Origin: Bugula neritina
Taxonomy: Eukaryota > Animalia > Bryozoa
Length of the DNA stretch: 64,000 bases
Assembly: GCA_964035545.1 (NCBI GenBank)
Contig: OZ037768.1
Span: 10,758,741 to 10,822,740 of the forward strand
Direction of reading: 5' to 3'
A model generated the notes under the pieces. It saw only the letters and a list, made by a program, of their open reading frames with translations. It was not told the DNA's origin and made no database searches. Below, piece by piece: positions 13,501 through 26,899 of this stretch. Position numbers and translations under genes: made by a program. Position 1 is the first letter of the stretch. Every line of letters starts with the position of its first letter.

Positions 13501-15240
13501 ACCATCCCTGTGAGAACCCCTGATGGAAGGGTTTTTGTTAAATCAGGCTAAGGACTTATTCAGATGAGGCACAGGAGCAATTATAACTGGGTGCTCTTCC
13601 TAACATCACCAATGGTCTTTGTCGGAGCTCGAACCTAAGACTTTGTGCTTACTAAGCAAGCGCTCTAACCAATAGACCATGGCTGCTCCCTTCATATATA
13701 TTGAATGTATATATACAAATATATATATACATATAACTATAACTAAAAATATGCAATAAAGTCATACCGTTTCAATAAAAAAAAACTCATGTATATTGAA
13801 ATGGTGCGACTTTATTGCATACTTTTAGTTATAGTTATTTGTACTGGATGGCTTTTTAGTTTTTTCAGCTTGTAATGTCACCCATCAGCAGGTTAATCTG
13901 CAAAGACAAGAATCAGTTAATTATTACTACTTCCTGTGTTATTAGCTTAACCTGAGTTCTATACTTATACCAGGATGATTACGAGATGCTGGCTCGAATG
14001 TTCTCCATCACCTGCTGGCCAGAGGCTTATACTGAAACACAGGCTTACAATGAAGGTGTCTTCCAGTTCATAGAAGTGGTCAACAAATGGCATTCTACAA
14101 AGAGAAACCAGACAGGCCCCATCATTGTCATAGACAAGTGAGTCCAGCTGTATATTATTCTCCAACCTATGCTTTTGGCTAGTATTGCTGTGCAACTTTG
14201 GCTTGTAAAATAGCACGTGTCTCAGTTGATGTTTCTTACATTTAGCTCTTGTATATGGATTATGGTTCAGTTTATTGAAAACCTGTAACTTATGATTAAC
14301 TTCATGTTTAGATAATAAAATTAAGTCACTGTGTATCATGCCATTAACTGTTTTGATTGACAAATTTTTTAATCCAATTATTTGTAAATTATAAAAAATA
14401 TATTTCACAGGTAGGCAAAAGCAGAAAAATAACTTGCAGTAATTTGAACAAGTCCTTTTAATATGGCTTAAATTTTTTTATTTTCTATTTTATATAAAGA
14501 GCTCCTACTTTTAAAATGTAAGCTCGCACTATGCAACCGCATGCACTTTAGTTCTGTGACATCCAGCTATCACCATAGCAGTCTGTCTATACGAGACATA
14601 CAGCTATATATTCCCATACTTTCAGATACGGAGGCAAAGCAGCTGCCCAGTTCTGTGCTCTGTACACACTCTATAACCAGTATCACAATGACTCGTTAGT
14701 AGACCTTTACTCTCTAGCTTATCTCTATCACATGAAGAGACCTGGTGTGTGGGAGACAGCTGTGAGTACCACCATATACATCATTCAGCAGTGTGTTCTG
14801 TGATTTCTCTCATTCTGCTGCTCTTCTGTAGTCTGTTATGAAGTTTAAAACTACGCCATAAGCTGTGTTAACAGTACTGTGCTGTCACGCTGTATTATTA
14901 TGGTCTGTGCCATAGTTAGCGAAGAATATAGGGTTGCAAGCAGCATGCTTCGTCTTTTCGCAATAAGTGAGGCAGCTAAATTGCTATTAGTTCGATCTAA
15001 TAAATACAAGAATACTTGCTGGGGCTATTGAAGTTTCATATAACTGTGTATTGTCGTTTCTAGAGTGATTACAGACTACTGTATAGCAGCTTGATGCAAA
15101 TATGTAAGCCACAATTAGAAGAGGAGAAAGGAAATGAAGGAAATGGAAACGGAGACTTTGCTATGCACACATTTGCTAATGTTAGAAGGACTACATTACC
15201 AAGATCTCCCGAGCATATTGTTAGGACAGACACTCTGTAA
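2225..15240 (+). CDS. Receptor-type tyrosine phosphatase, R5 subtype (Ptp99A/PTPRG/PTPRZ-like), 5'-partial: FN3 repeats, TM, active D1, inactive D2
   Basis: Phase-consistent GT-AG exons: 2225-2333, 2619-2830, 3017-3213, 3553-3688, 4614-4779 (TM), 7352-7452, 7899-8090, 8662-8738, 9473-9745, 10743-10894, 11295-11430, 11830-12076, 12349-12515, 13275-13454, 13974-14137, 14626-14761, 15064-15240. D1 motifs [39 protein letters not shown]2 has IIVIDKYGG (Asp replacing Cys), typical of R5 PTPs. Confidence 0.92.
4408..4585. repeat. Two adjacent (TA)n microsatellites
   Basis: Direct inspection; source of the YIYIYI ORFs. Confidence 0.95.
5604..5878. mobile_element. Short non-autonomous element nested in the hAT copy (aaaaatggcac-repeat family)
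   Basis: Internal inverted arms (gtaggtaaaaatggcaca / tgtgccatttttacctac), C-rich aaacccc core, flanked by direct repeat acccacaatt (5594-5603, 5879-5888). Confidence 0.65.
6131..6321. mobile_element. Second, oppositely oriented copy of the same short element
   Basis: ggtgtccggtaaaaatggcacaggtaataatggcac...tttttacctaaaat mirrors the 5604-5878 copy; both flanks end in acaggt. Confidence 0.6.
13482..13690 (-). mobile_element. tRNA-derived SINE (copy 1)
   Basis: Reverse complement has A-box-like tggtctattggttag and B-box-like ggttcgagctcc; aligns over ~200 bp with 15391-15598. Confidence 0.8.
13728..13843. repeat. Hairpin/MITE with ~50-bp inverted arms
   Basis: tacatataactataactaaaaatatgcaataaagtcataccgtttcaata ... 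tattgaaatggtgcgactttattgcatacttttagttatagttatttgta. Confidence 0.75.
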
Positions 15241-15390
15241 ACGTAACTTACCTGCAGGTAAAACTTCTCACTACTCAGAGTTAGTAATTGTACCTGTAGT
15301 TATTAGGAGGTATTGTGCAACAGCTAATTCACTCCTTCTAGCAATGCTGGTGTCAAATAGTGTATGTTATATGCTAGTTGCTTTAAGGAA

Positions 15391-15598
15391 GGAGCAGCCA
15401 TGGTCTACGGGTTAGAGCACTCACTGGCTTAGTAAACATGACGTCATGGGTTTGATCCCCAGTAAAGGCCATCGGTGGTGTTAGGAAGAGCATCCAGTCA
15501 TAATTGCTCCTGTGTCCATCTGAATAAGTCCTTAGCCCGATTTAAAAACCTTTTCCATCGGGGTTCTCACAGGGATAGTGACTATAAATTTATGTGAG
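15391..15598 (+). mobile_element. tRNA-derived SINE (copy 2), just 3' of the PTP stop codon
   Basis: ggagcagccatggtctacgggttagagc...gggtttgatcccc...ggtggtgttaggaagagcatccag; homologous and inverted relative to 13482-13690. Confidence 0.8.
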
Positions 15599-17589
15599 GT
15601 TTTATATGATAATTACCTTATACATACTTTCATGTACAGGTAGGTTATTGGGTGCAGATGTACTTGTAAAGGTAAATAGTGGAAGTAAAAACTAGTCCCA
15701 ATGAGTGTTTGTAAGCATACCATTGATTAGTCAAAGGATAAGTTTTTAGAGATATAAACTGATCGCTACATTTCAGCCTGTGTACCTGCAAATAATTCAT
15801 GCTAAATGTGACTGTTAGAATAATTCTCTGAACTCTACATTTTCCAACTTGTACAGCTCATTTTGTATCAAATCAGAGTTTGAGATGTTGTAATAGTGAG
15901 AGGAGATATTTTAATCACTGGATTTTTTTTAGAACTTTGTAAATAAAAATATTCCATAATTTCGATATCAATTTACTTATTACCATTGGTAATAATTCAA
16001 CTGTGAGACCATAATTATGTCACTTACTATGTAACATGCTTTCTAGTTTTATTATTTTGTTGTTACATGCATGAAATATGGTTTATTATAATTTGCAGAA
16101 GCTATCTGTGTGACCCAGCTGGTGAAGTTCGACCCCAATGCAGTTAGATTAACATATACTTAGTCATGTGATATTCCTAAATAGAGTTATTCACCGTACA
16201 ATTTCACCTCCTTCTTTCTTTGCAAATAGACAGGATTAGTGTTATATCACTGAGGTAGAAGTTCTTACCAGTTTGTGATATCTTTATTAGTAAAGTTTCT
16301 GAAAGTGTTTTATATCTCAATATTTCTATCAATTTTTTATGATTTATATCCTATTGCAATCTGAGCTTGGGACAAGGCATTTTTGCAAAAAAAAAAAACA
16401 ATTTTTGTACGCTAATTTGTTGTGTTAAACACTTATTCTGCATTGATACATTCATTTATTCAGCATCCTATGCTTGAAATTTTATTGTCGAAGAAATGCA
16501 AATTAATACAATTACATCAGAACTACAGTTATATTAATTTTGCTAGTATTTATGTTTTATGAACTTTGATATTACTACTTGTAAAAAATTTTCCAATTGT
16601 TTTTATATCCTTATAAGGTTAGCTGTAATGCTAGTTTTATACAGTTACTTAGAGTCTACTATTTGTAGATGGCTTATACTAACTCACAGACTGTGAACCC
16701 TTTTAGACAATATGATTATTATTATTCGGTATTTTAGAGATCTGGTAGTAGAATGTTCAACTCTATTGTCCTATCATTTAAACTTGTTCAATAGTTAAAT
16801 AAAAATGTTATGTAAACACGAATTCTATCGGTTGTTTCTACATTTTGATTTGCATAAAAATAATTGCATATAATCATGTTCAAACTGCATGGCTGTTTTC
16901 CATTTGGGTTCAGTAACTCAACCATAGTCATATGTTTTAACACTCCTGTCATGTTCGTGGTCAGATTATTTGCATCTAACCTGTAATTTGCTGACTGCTT
17001 CAGATTTTTCTCTTTTATAAGTTGTAGCTAAAATAATGTTTATGTTTCTTAATAGTGTTGAGGCATTATTTATATAATATCTTTACAACCTAAACTTATT
17101 ATATTATTTGTTGTTAAACTGCTAACCTTTTCCAGTGCATATTAGTTATTGCTTTTTTGCTGTAAAAACAATTAACTGTTTATTTTATTAGTAAATTGAT
17201 TGGTAATTGTAAATCCTAACTAATTAGAGCTGTGCAAGTTAATCATATTTCTCACTTCAAAATTGATTCAACAAAGTTTTCACTTATGGATAGTTGATTT
17301 AAGAGCTTCATTTGTTTTGAATAAGTTCATTGTGGTACAAAATGTTCTATTATTAACCTGCTACTAACGTAATAATGTGCATGCATAACTTCTCTCAGTG
17401 TAAAATGACCTGATGTATAGAAACCTAGCATCCTAATTGTAGGCTATATGACTAATCATATGCATTTACATTACAACTCAATAATTGGTTAATAACAAAC
17501 CTATTCAATACTTTTATATAATATTCTTTGTGAGTAGCAACAATAGCTAGAGCATGCAATAACATCTTTCACTCAGATGTAGTTGAAGT

Positions 17590-20500
17590 ATGGGAGAGAA
17601 CTGTAGCGTATGGAGCAACAGCACTGACTGTTTGGATTACACCACCAGGTTGGTAGAATGGAGTCTAACAACAGAACAACTACAGGCAGCTCATATCAAC
17701 AATATTATATATTACAGCATTATGCTGCCTTTGGCTATATGCGGAAACATATTCACTTTAACAGCAGTTATCATGGTACTTAAGCTAAAAACTAGCATAC
17801 CCAACTTACTTATAGGAGTTCTAGCATGTACTGACATATTTTCTATTCTCACTTGCCATATTGTATCTATAGTGAGCATGGCTGAAGGCCATTACGTTGC
17901 TAATTCGGCAGTCTGTAAATTTCAATCAATGATGACATATTCTTATTTCAAAATGGGTTTTTTGACCAAATGCTGCATTTCATTAGACCGATACATTGCT
18001 TTGACTTTTCCTCTCCAATATCGAAAACTCATAACCAAGCGAAAAGTGTTAGCTGTTACTATTCATAACATTCTCTTCAGCTTTGGTACATCTGTGCTGA
18101 CAATAGTGCTGGATGGAGAGAACATAAGTCAACTGCCAACATGGTATTTGTGTGTGAATGATTTTGAGATTTATACACTTTATAAGAGAGTCATAATAGT
18201 AACAGAAGGCGCTGTGTTCTTCCTGGGAGTTATTCTTTTCTTTGTAAGTAACTTGACTGTGATACGAGTAGTCGTAAGACTTAACAAGAAGACTCGAGAA
18301 CTTTTCTCCATTGGGCAGCTCGTAGATGAGCAGCAAGCAATAAGTCATAAAGACCCAACAGCAAATGGATATAGTAGCAGCAATGGAAACTCTATTTTAA
18401 ACAAGAAAGCTGATGTTGCCACTAATGAAGATGAAATTAATGGTAACAACCCTATTTCACTGAAAAAATTTGGATCCTTAAATAGCGTAGCCGATGGTGT
18501 CAAAACTGATGTGCTGTACCAGCAAGAAAACAGCAGCAAAGATAATGTATCAGACGCTACTAGAAAAACTAAAAAGCAGCAAAAAGAGCTTCAGCTGGCC
18601 AAGCTAACAACTGTTATAGTCACTGTATTTGTGATTCTTTGGCTACCATACATGGTAATTATAACCCCATAATATATGTTTAGTAAGTTCTGCTGGAAAA
18701 AATAAGTTCTTTAAGCAACTCAATCTGTTAAATTTCTTGTAGCTGGACAAGTAAATTTAGAAGGGCTCTACAACTTGATCACTGTTTATACTGTAAATTA
18801 TATTTATAAAATATTTGGTTACACATAAAACATGAAAAGTGAACACTATAATTCTGTAATTCATGCTGAGGTCTTTGAAAGCAAAGCTGTCGAGATGAAA
18901 GCTGCTAGTAGTGAGCCAGTTATACATAGTATATAGTTTTTCCATATAAGTTTGAAATACTATGCATCACTTTGAACAAATTGTTGCTTAACATAGTTTT
19001 TGTGCAATTAAAGAAACAGACAAAATGTGCTAAAACGTTTATAATGTCAACAAATTAGTTATTGTAGTCTTCACTTTTTTTGTTATATACAAAATAATAT
19101 GGTGGAGTGGAAGTTATAGTAGCTTGAATAACAAATGCTTATAACACGTAGTAGGAGGTAAGAAATGGATGCAAGTTGACAGGTGAAATGGATTTAGAAA
19201 TAGATGTGAGAACAAGTTGCTTGTCTTTGAAGCAATTCAAAAGAAGCTCTAGATCTCATTTTAGCCCTTATACATCTCTGTTTTAGCTGCTATAGAGATC
19301 AATGTACTTCTGGGAAACAGTGTTATCTAAACTTAGCAACACAAACAATGACCTGCGGGTACAAATATTTCCGTAGCTCTAGAGTTAAGACTATTAACTT
19401 CCACATTTGGAAAACCCAAAGGAAATTAATTTATACATGTAGTACTGCTGCTAGGCGTACACTGCTGACACTTGGAATAACACCTTACAAAGCAGAGAAC
19501 ATATTTTCTATCAACTTTATTATCATATTTTATTCAAGCATACAGTTTCCCACATTAGTATTATGTTTGCATGAATTTCCTACAATTCAGCCTACTGGTT
19601 GTATTTAGTAACTTGTACTCACTGAAAGTAGCACAAGGTTTCGAAACATTGCAATAATTAATTTATATAGCTATTGAATGCTAAGTACACTATTGACCGG
19701 CATACGTGTTATATGGCTATAAGTTTTGATGCTTAACGGATTTCCCAAAAGAAAAGTTGCACTCAGAATTTATATGTTCACATTTCTGTCTATCAGTCAC
19801 AGCAAATAATATTGTTTGTCCATTCAGACTGTAATCTACTGGGAGCACCACAATCGGAGGAAAATACATCCGTTGATAGAAGATATAGTAATCAAGCTGG
19901 TCTTTGCCAACTGCTGCATAAACCCAATATTATATGGGGTTTTCAATGCAAATTTTCGAAGAGCCTATGTTTACTATTTGAGAATGCTTGGCTTCTACTT
20001 TACGTGCAAGCTAACAAGTCGTCCTAAAGGTAAGCGATGAGATTTAATTTAGAAAATATTGGTTTAAACTGTACATGCTGACCTAAAGATTTTATACTTC
20101 AAGTTATAAATCCAATAACTAAGGTGATAAATTATATAGTCAAATACTTTAAGTATTAATCATGTTATATAGAGGTTTAAATACTTTTGAAGCTGTGAAC
20201 TATGCAAATAACTGAAGGCAATTTATTTACTATGTGTTTATTTCACAGGGCAGAAGCAGTTTATATATACGACAGAGTAACTATTAAATATTTACTATGA
20301 TGGTAGCTATATTGTTATGTTTAAAGCCTTGTTGTGATTTAAAACGGTGTTGAATGCAGTTTTAACTGAATGCCATCATACTAACCATTTATATGTGTGC
20401 TCTAAAATTTAGCACTATAATTCGTGTTTCACATATTAAGAACTGTGTTTAGTGTAGTTGTAATAACATTAGTGTTTCATAGATGGTGTGAAATTTAGCT

Positions 20501-21851
20501 GATTTTTCAATATAAGACATTGTAGACCAGTATATTATTATCATGCCTAGAATACATGTGAACTATTGGACATTTCAACTTGGCTGGTCAATAATTTCAA
20601 CTTTTAAATAAAGTAATTATTTACAATAAATATCATATAAGTACCATATAGTTAATATCCAATGACGTTAAGTTATGAAACTTAAATAGCGGAAATACAA
20701 TATTGATTTATATTATTATAAAGAATGGCATTTTTAGCTTATTATGGTACTGCTGTGTTCTAAATTACTTTCTTTCTAGTGAATTACAAGCGTTCAAGTC
20801 AGGGGTGGGCAACTTCTTGAGCACAAGAGCCATTCAGAAGTTTAAAATGTAAACTGTGTGACGGCCGAAGTGTGGAGATAATAATTTTTAGTTTTTAGAT
20901 TTTGCTATTTTTCATGATACTGATTAAATTACTTTTAACATTTTTCAATAGTAAAAAAAAGTTTAAATAAATGTAGACATAATATTTTTAAATTCATGAC
21001 AGTTTAGAAAATACATATGCAACAAGTTCAAACTCTTGAAGCATTAATTTCCTGGAGGGTTAGATCTATAACATTGTTAGGCCAACACTGTGTAGCAGTT
21101 TTTGCAGTGTATAATATATGGCTAGTTTATAACAGTAGCCATAGTTGATTTTGAAATTGGAAAAAAGCTACTTGAAAACCAGCAGAAGATTGCAGGCTAT
21201 CCACCCCTGACTTAAATGGTTTATACCACCAAGTTATATATTGTATAAATATAGTAATGTTAACAGTCACTAAAATATCTACTAGTAATGCAAATTAACA
21301 ATCTATTTCTTCACAAGTTTGCAGTGCTAATACATGTAGTTAGGCATTTAGAATTTAATTACTGATCACTTCTAAATTAAATCAAAAGTTGATTTGTTGC
21401 TGAATAATAGAATCAGCTTTTAAAAAATCAATGTTATCTTTAGGGAACTTTGAACTCGGTTAATATAGTGTTTTGATGAAAGTTATGTGCACTGATTTTA
21501 GCCCTTAGAGATGATGGAAGAACTACTAATTTTTTTGAGAAAGGAATGCTGTCAGCAAAGTTGAGGCGGCAGCTAAGAGACCATTCTCAGACTCAAGAAA
21601 CGGTCCACAGCACCAGCCAAGTGCAAGAGATCTCAAACCAAGCGCCAATGTCAACAGTCAGTTTACCGTCTAACCAAGCAATAAAACAAATTTTCAGTCA
21701 GTTTAAAAAAGACAATGAAACACTGAGCAGTGTTGATGTAGACCAGACTGCGCTAAAACTTGCTGTTGGAAATTTTTACTCTGTCCCACAAAATCAAGAA
21801 GTAACTGTAACATCGTCTAACAACGAGGAACCTCAATTTTTTGACTTGTAA
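17590..21851 (+). CDS. Class A (rhodopsin-like) GPCR, ~538 aa, possibly prostanoid-receptor-like
   Basis: Exons 17590-18654, 19828-20029, 21502-21851 in phase. GN in TM1, LACTD in TM2, LDRY, LWLP in TM6, NPILY in TM7, long ICL3. Confidence 0.9.
20800..21209. mobile_element. Old hAT-type MITE in GPCR intron 2
   Basis: Termini caggggtgggcaac / gctatccacccctg; TSD no longer recognisable. Confidence 0.45.
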
Positions 21852-23891
21852 GCTATAGTGGGAAATTTACCACAGCAATAAAATATTTTTATATAGTGTT
21901 ATCTGGTTATTGTACGTATATACTGTATGTTTGTATAAATTCAGTTTGGTTCAAATCTAGCAAAATTAAATGCGTTTAAGTTTGTTATAAGATATATTGC
22001 GTCAAGAAAACAGTTCTGCTATCCTTAACTGTGAAAGATTTTTGTTAGAATTAAAAATAATGCAGCAACATAACATTTTATTGACTATTGATTTTCTAAA
22101 AACGCTATAACAACATTTCAAGGTATTTATTCAGTGAGTCCTCATTAGACCTGTGAATAGTATTTGCACATTGAACTACAAGTGCAACCAAAATTGCACC
22201 AACAGCTTTAAGTAGCACCATGGTGACAATATGTAAAAAGTTATTAGTTGGTAGCAAATGCATTGCTGAATGAAACAAATTTTAAAGTTGAATGCGTGGA
22301 AGAATATTTCAACTGTTTTAAAAATTGTGCCATTGATTTTCAAACTTAAATTTTAGTTTAAGCAGCTTGCAATTGTTTATACCTGTATTTTAAGACAGGC
22401 TAAAATGCTAAAGCTGCTTACAGTGTCGTTCAGTATTAGTTGCATTATGGTTATATATAATTATTACTCACCTGGTGAAATAATGCAGATATTAAAATGA
22501 TGCAAAATCACCATACAAATTTTTGCCTGATAATTTATGTTTCAATTCATAAGTGCATCATTTGTAATTATTGTTACTGCGTAGTAGTACATTACTTTTA
22601 AAAACAATAGCTTGTGTAAAATAATTATGGACACCAACTGTGGCTTTGTTTGCAGCGGAGTTGTCTTTTCTAAAATTCAAATGGCGCAATTGCGCATAGT
22701 GGATTAACTATTGCATTTTTCACATTTCTGAATGTATCCAGGGTGATCTGCACGCCCGAAAGGAAAACATACTCGGAGACATTGATAAAAAGATTAACAT
22801 TTTGTTAGAACAAACTAGCAAAAACAATTTTAGTCATGTTTAAATTGAGAAAATACGTTTTATGTTTTATTTTTATATTTTGTTTAATCATTATAAACTT
22901 CTACCTATGTTTTATTAGAAGATTCATAAATTATGATTTTCCTAGTATTACTATTAGTAGCATTTCATTTTGAGTTTGATTTTGATTTAAAGCAACTTGA
23001 AGTACTAACAATTACAATAAAAGCAGCTCTAAGTTTAATAAAGAATATTGACTTTTGTTTAGTTGTGATTTTATAATTTATAATCAATAGTTATATTTAT
23101 AGTAAATTCATTTGAAACTGAACTAAAAAACCACAATTTTAATTTAATAATTTTCTAACTGCTAAAACAAAATTAACCATTGATGATTGATTGACTTTAA
23201 GATCTTTTTACCGATTAGTTATATTTTATTATTGCGACTATCGATTGCAAGATAAACCCAAGCATTTTTTCTTGAGACAGTGACACTCAAGAGTGTAACA
23301 ATTACAATATTTATGACTCTACTGTAGTTAAATTATAAAGAATTAGTAAAGATAATGTAATAAATAAATAACTCAAATCTACAAATAGCAATGACAATAT
23401 TTACCAAACAACACAAAAGTTTGTCAAATTCTGCTTCTTTTCTTGCTCTTTGTAATCAACTTTTTTTATATGTAATGTTAGTAATAAAATTAAATGTTGT
23501 TCTTTCTTACTCAAACTGAAAATTCTCTATATCCTATCAATTAATACATAAAAAAGTTGCAGGCAAAAGACTAGAAAACTATATAGTATATACTAGAATC
23601 TATTTTTTAACCAAATAACTGTAAAAGTATTAAATTATTTCATTAAAGTTCTTACAAGAAATATTATTATTTGATGCTTGGCAAAGTTTTGAAGTTAGTA
23701 ACTAAGTTTATAAAATTCATCACCAGTTTGTAACTACATATTTATAAAACAGTTGTTAGATGTTTATTTAGAACCCATGCACATGCACCAATTGATTTAC
23801 TTTTACTGTTTAATTCATGCTTATATTTTATGCAACCCACAGGTTATTAACAAACCAAAGTGAGGCACTGCTACTGTAACTTCATATTAAA

Positions 23892-25152
23892 ATGTCTCTA
23901 AGGCCAGAAGTTGTTTCCACTATAAAACGAAGTCAAGGAGTTGTCTCAAGTCTTTTGTTAACAGAATCTTCTGTAGCTGTAGTATCAATAGCTTTCAAAA
24001 GCAACCAACTCACTGGTAAATATTGCCGGAATTATCATGTATCTTGGAATATAGTTTAATGATCATGTCACAATCACTTACTGATTTTTTAGTTAAGCTA
24101 GCCATAAATTGAAATTGACAATTGGAAAAGCGAAAAAAACATTTAGGTTTGAATTGAAATGTATTGGTCAATAATTGAAATTGATTATGTATAATAAATA
24201 TATGATGTGTCACTAAAATTATGTCAATGGTTACAACTAATATTACCAAAAGCTAATGTTAAAATGGTGAATTTGCAATTATTTTGCACGTGTTTTCAGG
24301 AGAGATAAGTCTTATTGGTCTTCAATCGCCAGCCCTGAGGAATCCTGTTGTCTTTGATGTTTATAAGAATCCAAAGCTCTATATGGAAGGGCAGCTTCAT
24401 AGAATATTTCAAGCAGAAAAACTAATCAAGATCGTACACGATTGCAAAAGCTTCTGCGCTCAACTTAAAAAGCTCTACTATATAACAAGTCACTCCATGT
24501 TTGATACTCAAGTAGCCTACACATTACAAATGGAGGAAAATAATTTGCCACCACGATTAATCTCTTATGAAAATCTCCACAAAAATATTGTGGGTTTACA
24601 CATAGGAACAAGATTTTCTTATGTAAAGGTTAGATGTGTTTGCTATTCTACTATGCTTAGTGTATGTTTGCCATAATGTTTAATGCAGAGTATACCAAAT
24701 CATGCATTTAGTAATTTCATGTGCATGAATTGGATTTGTGTCTGTCACTTATAGGGTTTGGAGAAAAGTGATGGTAACCTTTGGAACAAGAGACCATTAC
24801 TAGATGAGCTGTTGTGGGCTTTGACAGAAGAGCTCAACTCATTACATAACAGTGTTTACCCTCTAATGTTTAGGTATGCAACATGAAATTGATACCCATA
24901 ATTACTATCTTTAATATAATTGCTGCATTGTTTGCATTTAAATGTATTTTTCAACTCACTTTTAGATCAATCACTGAAGGAAATGTTGAAGAATTTGAGT
25001 TGAGGTGTGGGCTGGCTGCCAGGGGTATGAGTAGAACAGGAACTGGTAGAGTACAAACCAGAAGTGGAAAGGTGGCAACATCCACCACCCCCTTACTTAC
25101 TATAAATGCAATGCAGGCTGAGCTCTTACCAAACACCAAGCCAATCACCTAG
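23892..25152 (+). CDS. EXD1/Egalitarian-like 3'-5' exonuclease-fold protein (~252 aa), predicted catalytically inactive
   Basis: Exons 23892-24015, 24300-24628, 24755-24873, 24966-25152 in phase (759 nt). Motifs GEISLIG, VVFDV, IKIVHDC, MFDTQVAY and LWNKRPL match the EXD1/Egl family. Confidence 0.8.
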
Positions 25153-25926
25153 TAACTCTACAGCAAGTAGAAGCTTTTACCTGGCACACTTTTCTCTACT
25201 GCACTATTTTCTAGCTTTTGTCTACTTTGTTCAACTCAAGCTAAAAACCTGCTCAAACATATTTTTGTTTTATGCATAATTTATCTTGATTCTTTCAAAT
25301 GATCGTGCTACATTTATTTTTGCTTAATTGTTTATGAAATAAATAATTTTATACAATTATGCGATGTGAAAAATTTACTCACTAAACGTTTTGCTGCTAT
25401 TTTTTTTGACACTTTTGTCTTTATTTACCAGTTTTTAGTTTTTATTGAATTATATTTCTGTAATACAGCACTAAAAATGAATTTAATGAAAAATTAGCTA
25501 AGCATGAAATCAAGCAGCCATATGTTTGCATAAAAGATAGAAATTTTCTATTAGTATACATCAAGTCCTCAAACATTAAACTGTCTTTTACTTTCCCTGG
25601 CTTTGCTTTTCTTGCAGTCACAAGGAAGTCTAAAAAGTATTTAAATACCATATCATTTTCAAAGAGCAGTTAACTATTGGAGGTTTAATTGTTGGCATAA
25701 AGTGTCATTGAAAGATTTTTTATTTAAAATAATTTATTTAAAGAAACTCAACTGATATAAATAACATACACTGCTAAATTTTTTCATCCGAAATATAACA
25801 CACACAATTTATACTCAACTTTTTCCAGCTATCTTGCTAAAAGTATCTATAGCTTACAGTTTTTCTCTCTAGTAGACCAAACAAGTGACTGGTAGTTGCA
25901 GTAAACCTGTTAACAACTTATTTTAC

Positions 25927-26899
25927 CTGGGCTTAATCTGATTTAAGAAAGACGTCTTTTTCAATGTTGAAAGTTCTCCTCATCAGAAGTTGTTCCAGGG
26001 ATCATCTCTGCTACCGTCTTGCAGGTGAGATGAAACAGACTATCTATACCCAAGTACCCTGCAGCCTAAACCAAAATACTTTAATAAATATCAAGTATTA
26101 TAGTATGTGTTGCTATGGCAAAGTGATTGTGAGGAAGACAGAATAAATCCGTGTTGGTAGAACTTGCTAATAAAGTTTAAAAAACATTTTCTTGTGACAA
26201 AATGAATATATTATATTTCCATGATTACTCTACATTCAATTTTACAAGTTATTTACCCAACTCAGTGCATACCCACCAAGATAAGCTCACACAGGGTGTT
26301 CTGGTCAACATGAAGAAACTCCCTATCCCAGTCACTCACATCTTTAATCTGCTCCGATATAGTTTTGTTACATTTGAGTGGTGGTGAAGATGGATCATTC
26401 TGTAATGTCACAGAGCAGTGTTAGCAGATAATAAAATATTAAAGTGTAATGTACTTTAAACATTGTAGGTACTCTGCTATATTTACTTCCTAAACACGAC
26501 TGCTAGTAACTTGTCATACACCAACAACAAATAGTTAAGTCAAACAAATTTGTGCTATCGCCAATAAAAGAGTCATTGTAGTAGTGAATATATATTTAAG
26601 TTAAATGTTCAAGAAAATAGTACCAAACAAATTATTATAAATTGTAGAGCTATATATATTTATATACAAAGATATATAAAATTATGTATTGATAAGAATC
26701 TTACCTTGTGGTGCTTACACCATTCTATAACTTTTTGAAATGTAGCTGCACTAACATTGGGCAAGCTTAGAGGCTCACTATTATTTGCATCAGCATTCCC
26801 AAAAAGTTCTTTTAAAGAAGAGAACTGGTTATATATCTCACCATCAACGTTAAATACTTCTTCACTGTCCCATCCTTTCAACTGGGCGAGGGTAGCCAT
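25927..26899 (-). pseudogene. Skp1 paralog D, disrupted in exon 3
   Basis: Exons 26899-26705, 26399-26277 (WDREFLHVDQNTLCELIL), 26065-25927 (AAGYLGIDSLFHLTCKTVAEMI...). A frameshift near 25984 gives TGA; the ancestral frame (MRRTFNIEKD) also has a TAA before the CAG|GT donor. Confidence 0.8.

Noticed and set aside
13600-13690. tRNA gene
   Set aside because: tRNA-like head continues into a body shared with a second diverged copy; it is a SINE with no clean cloverleaf.
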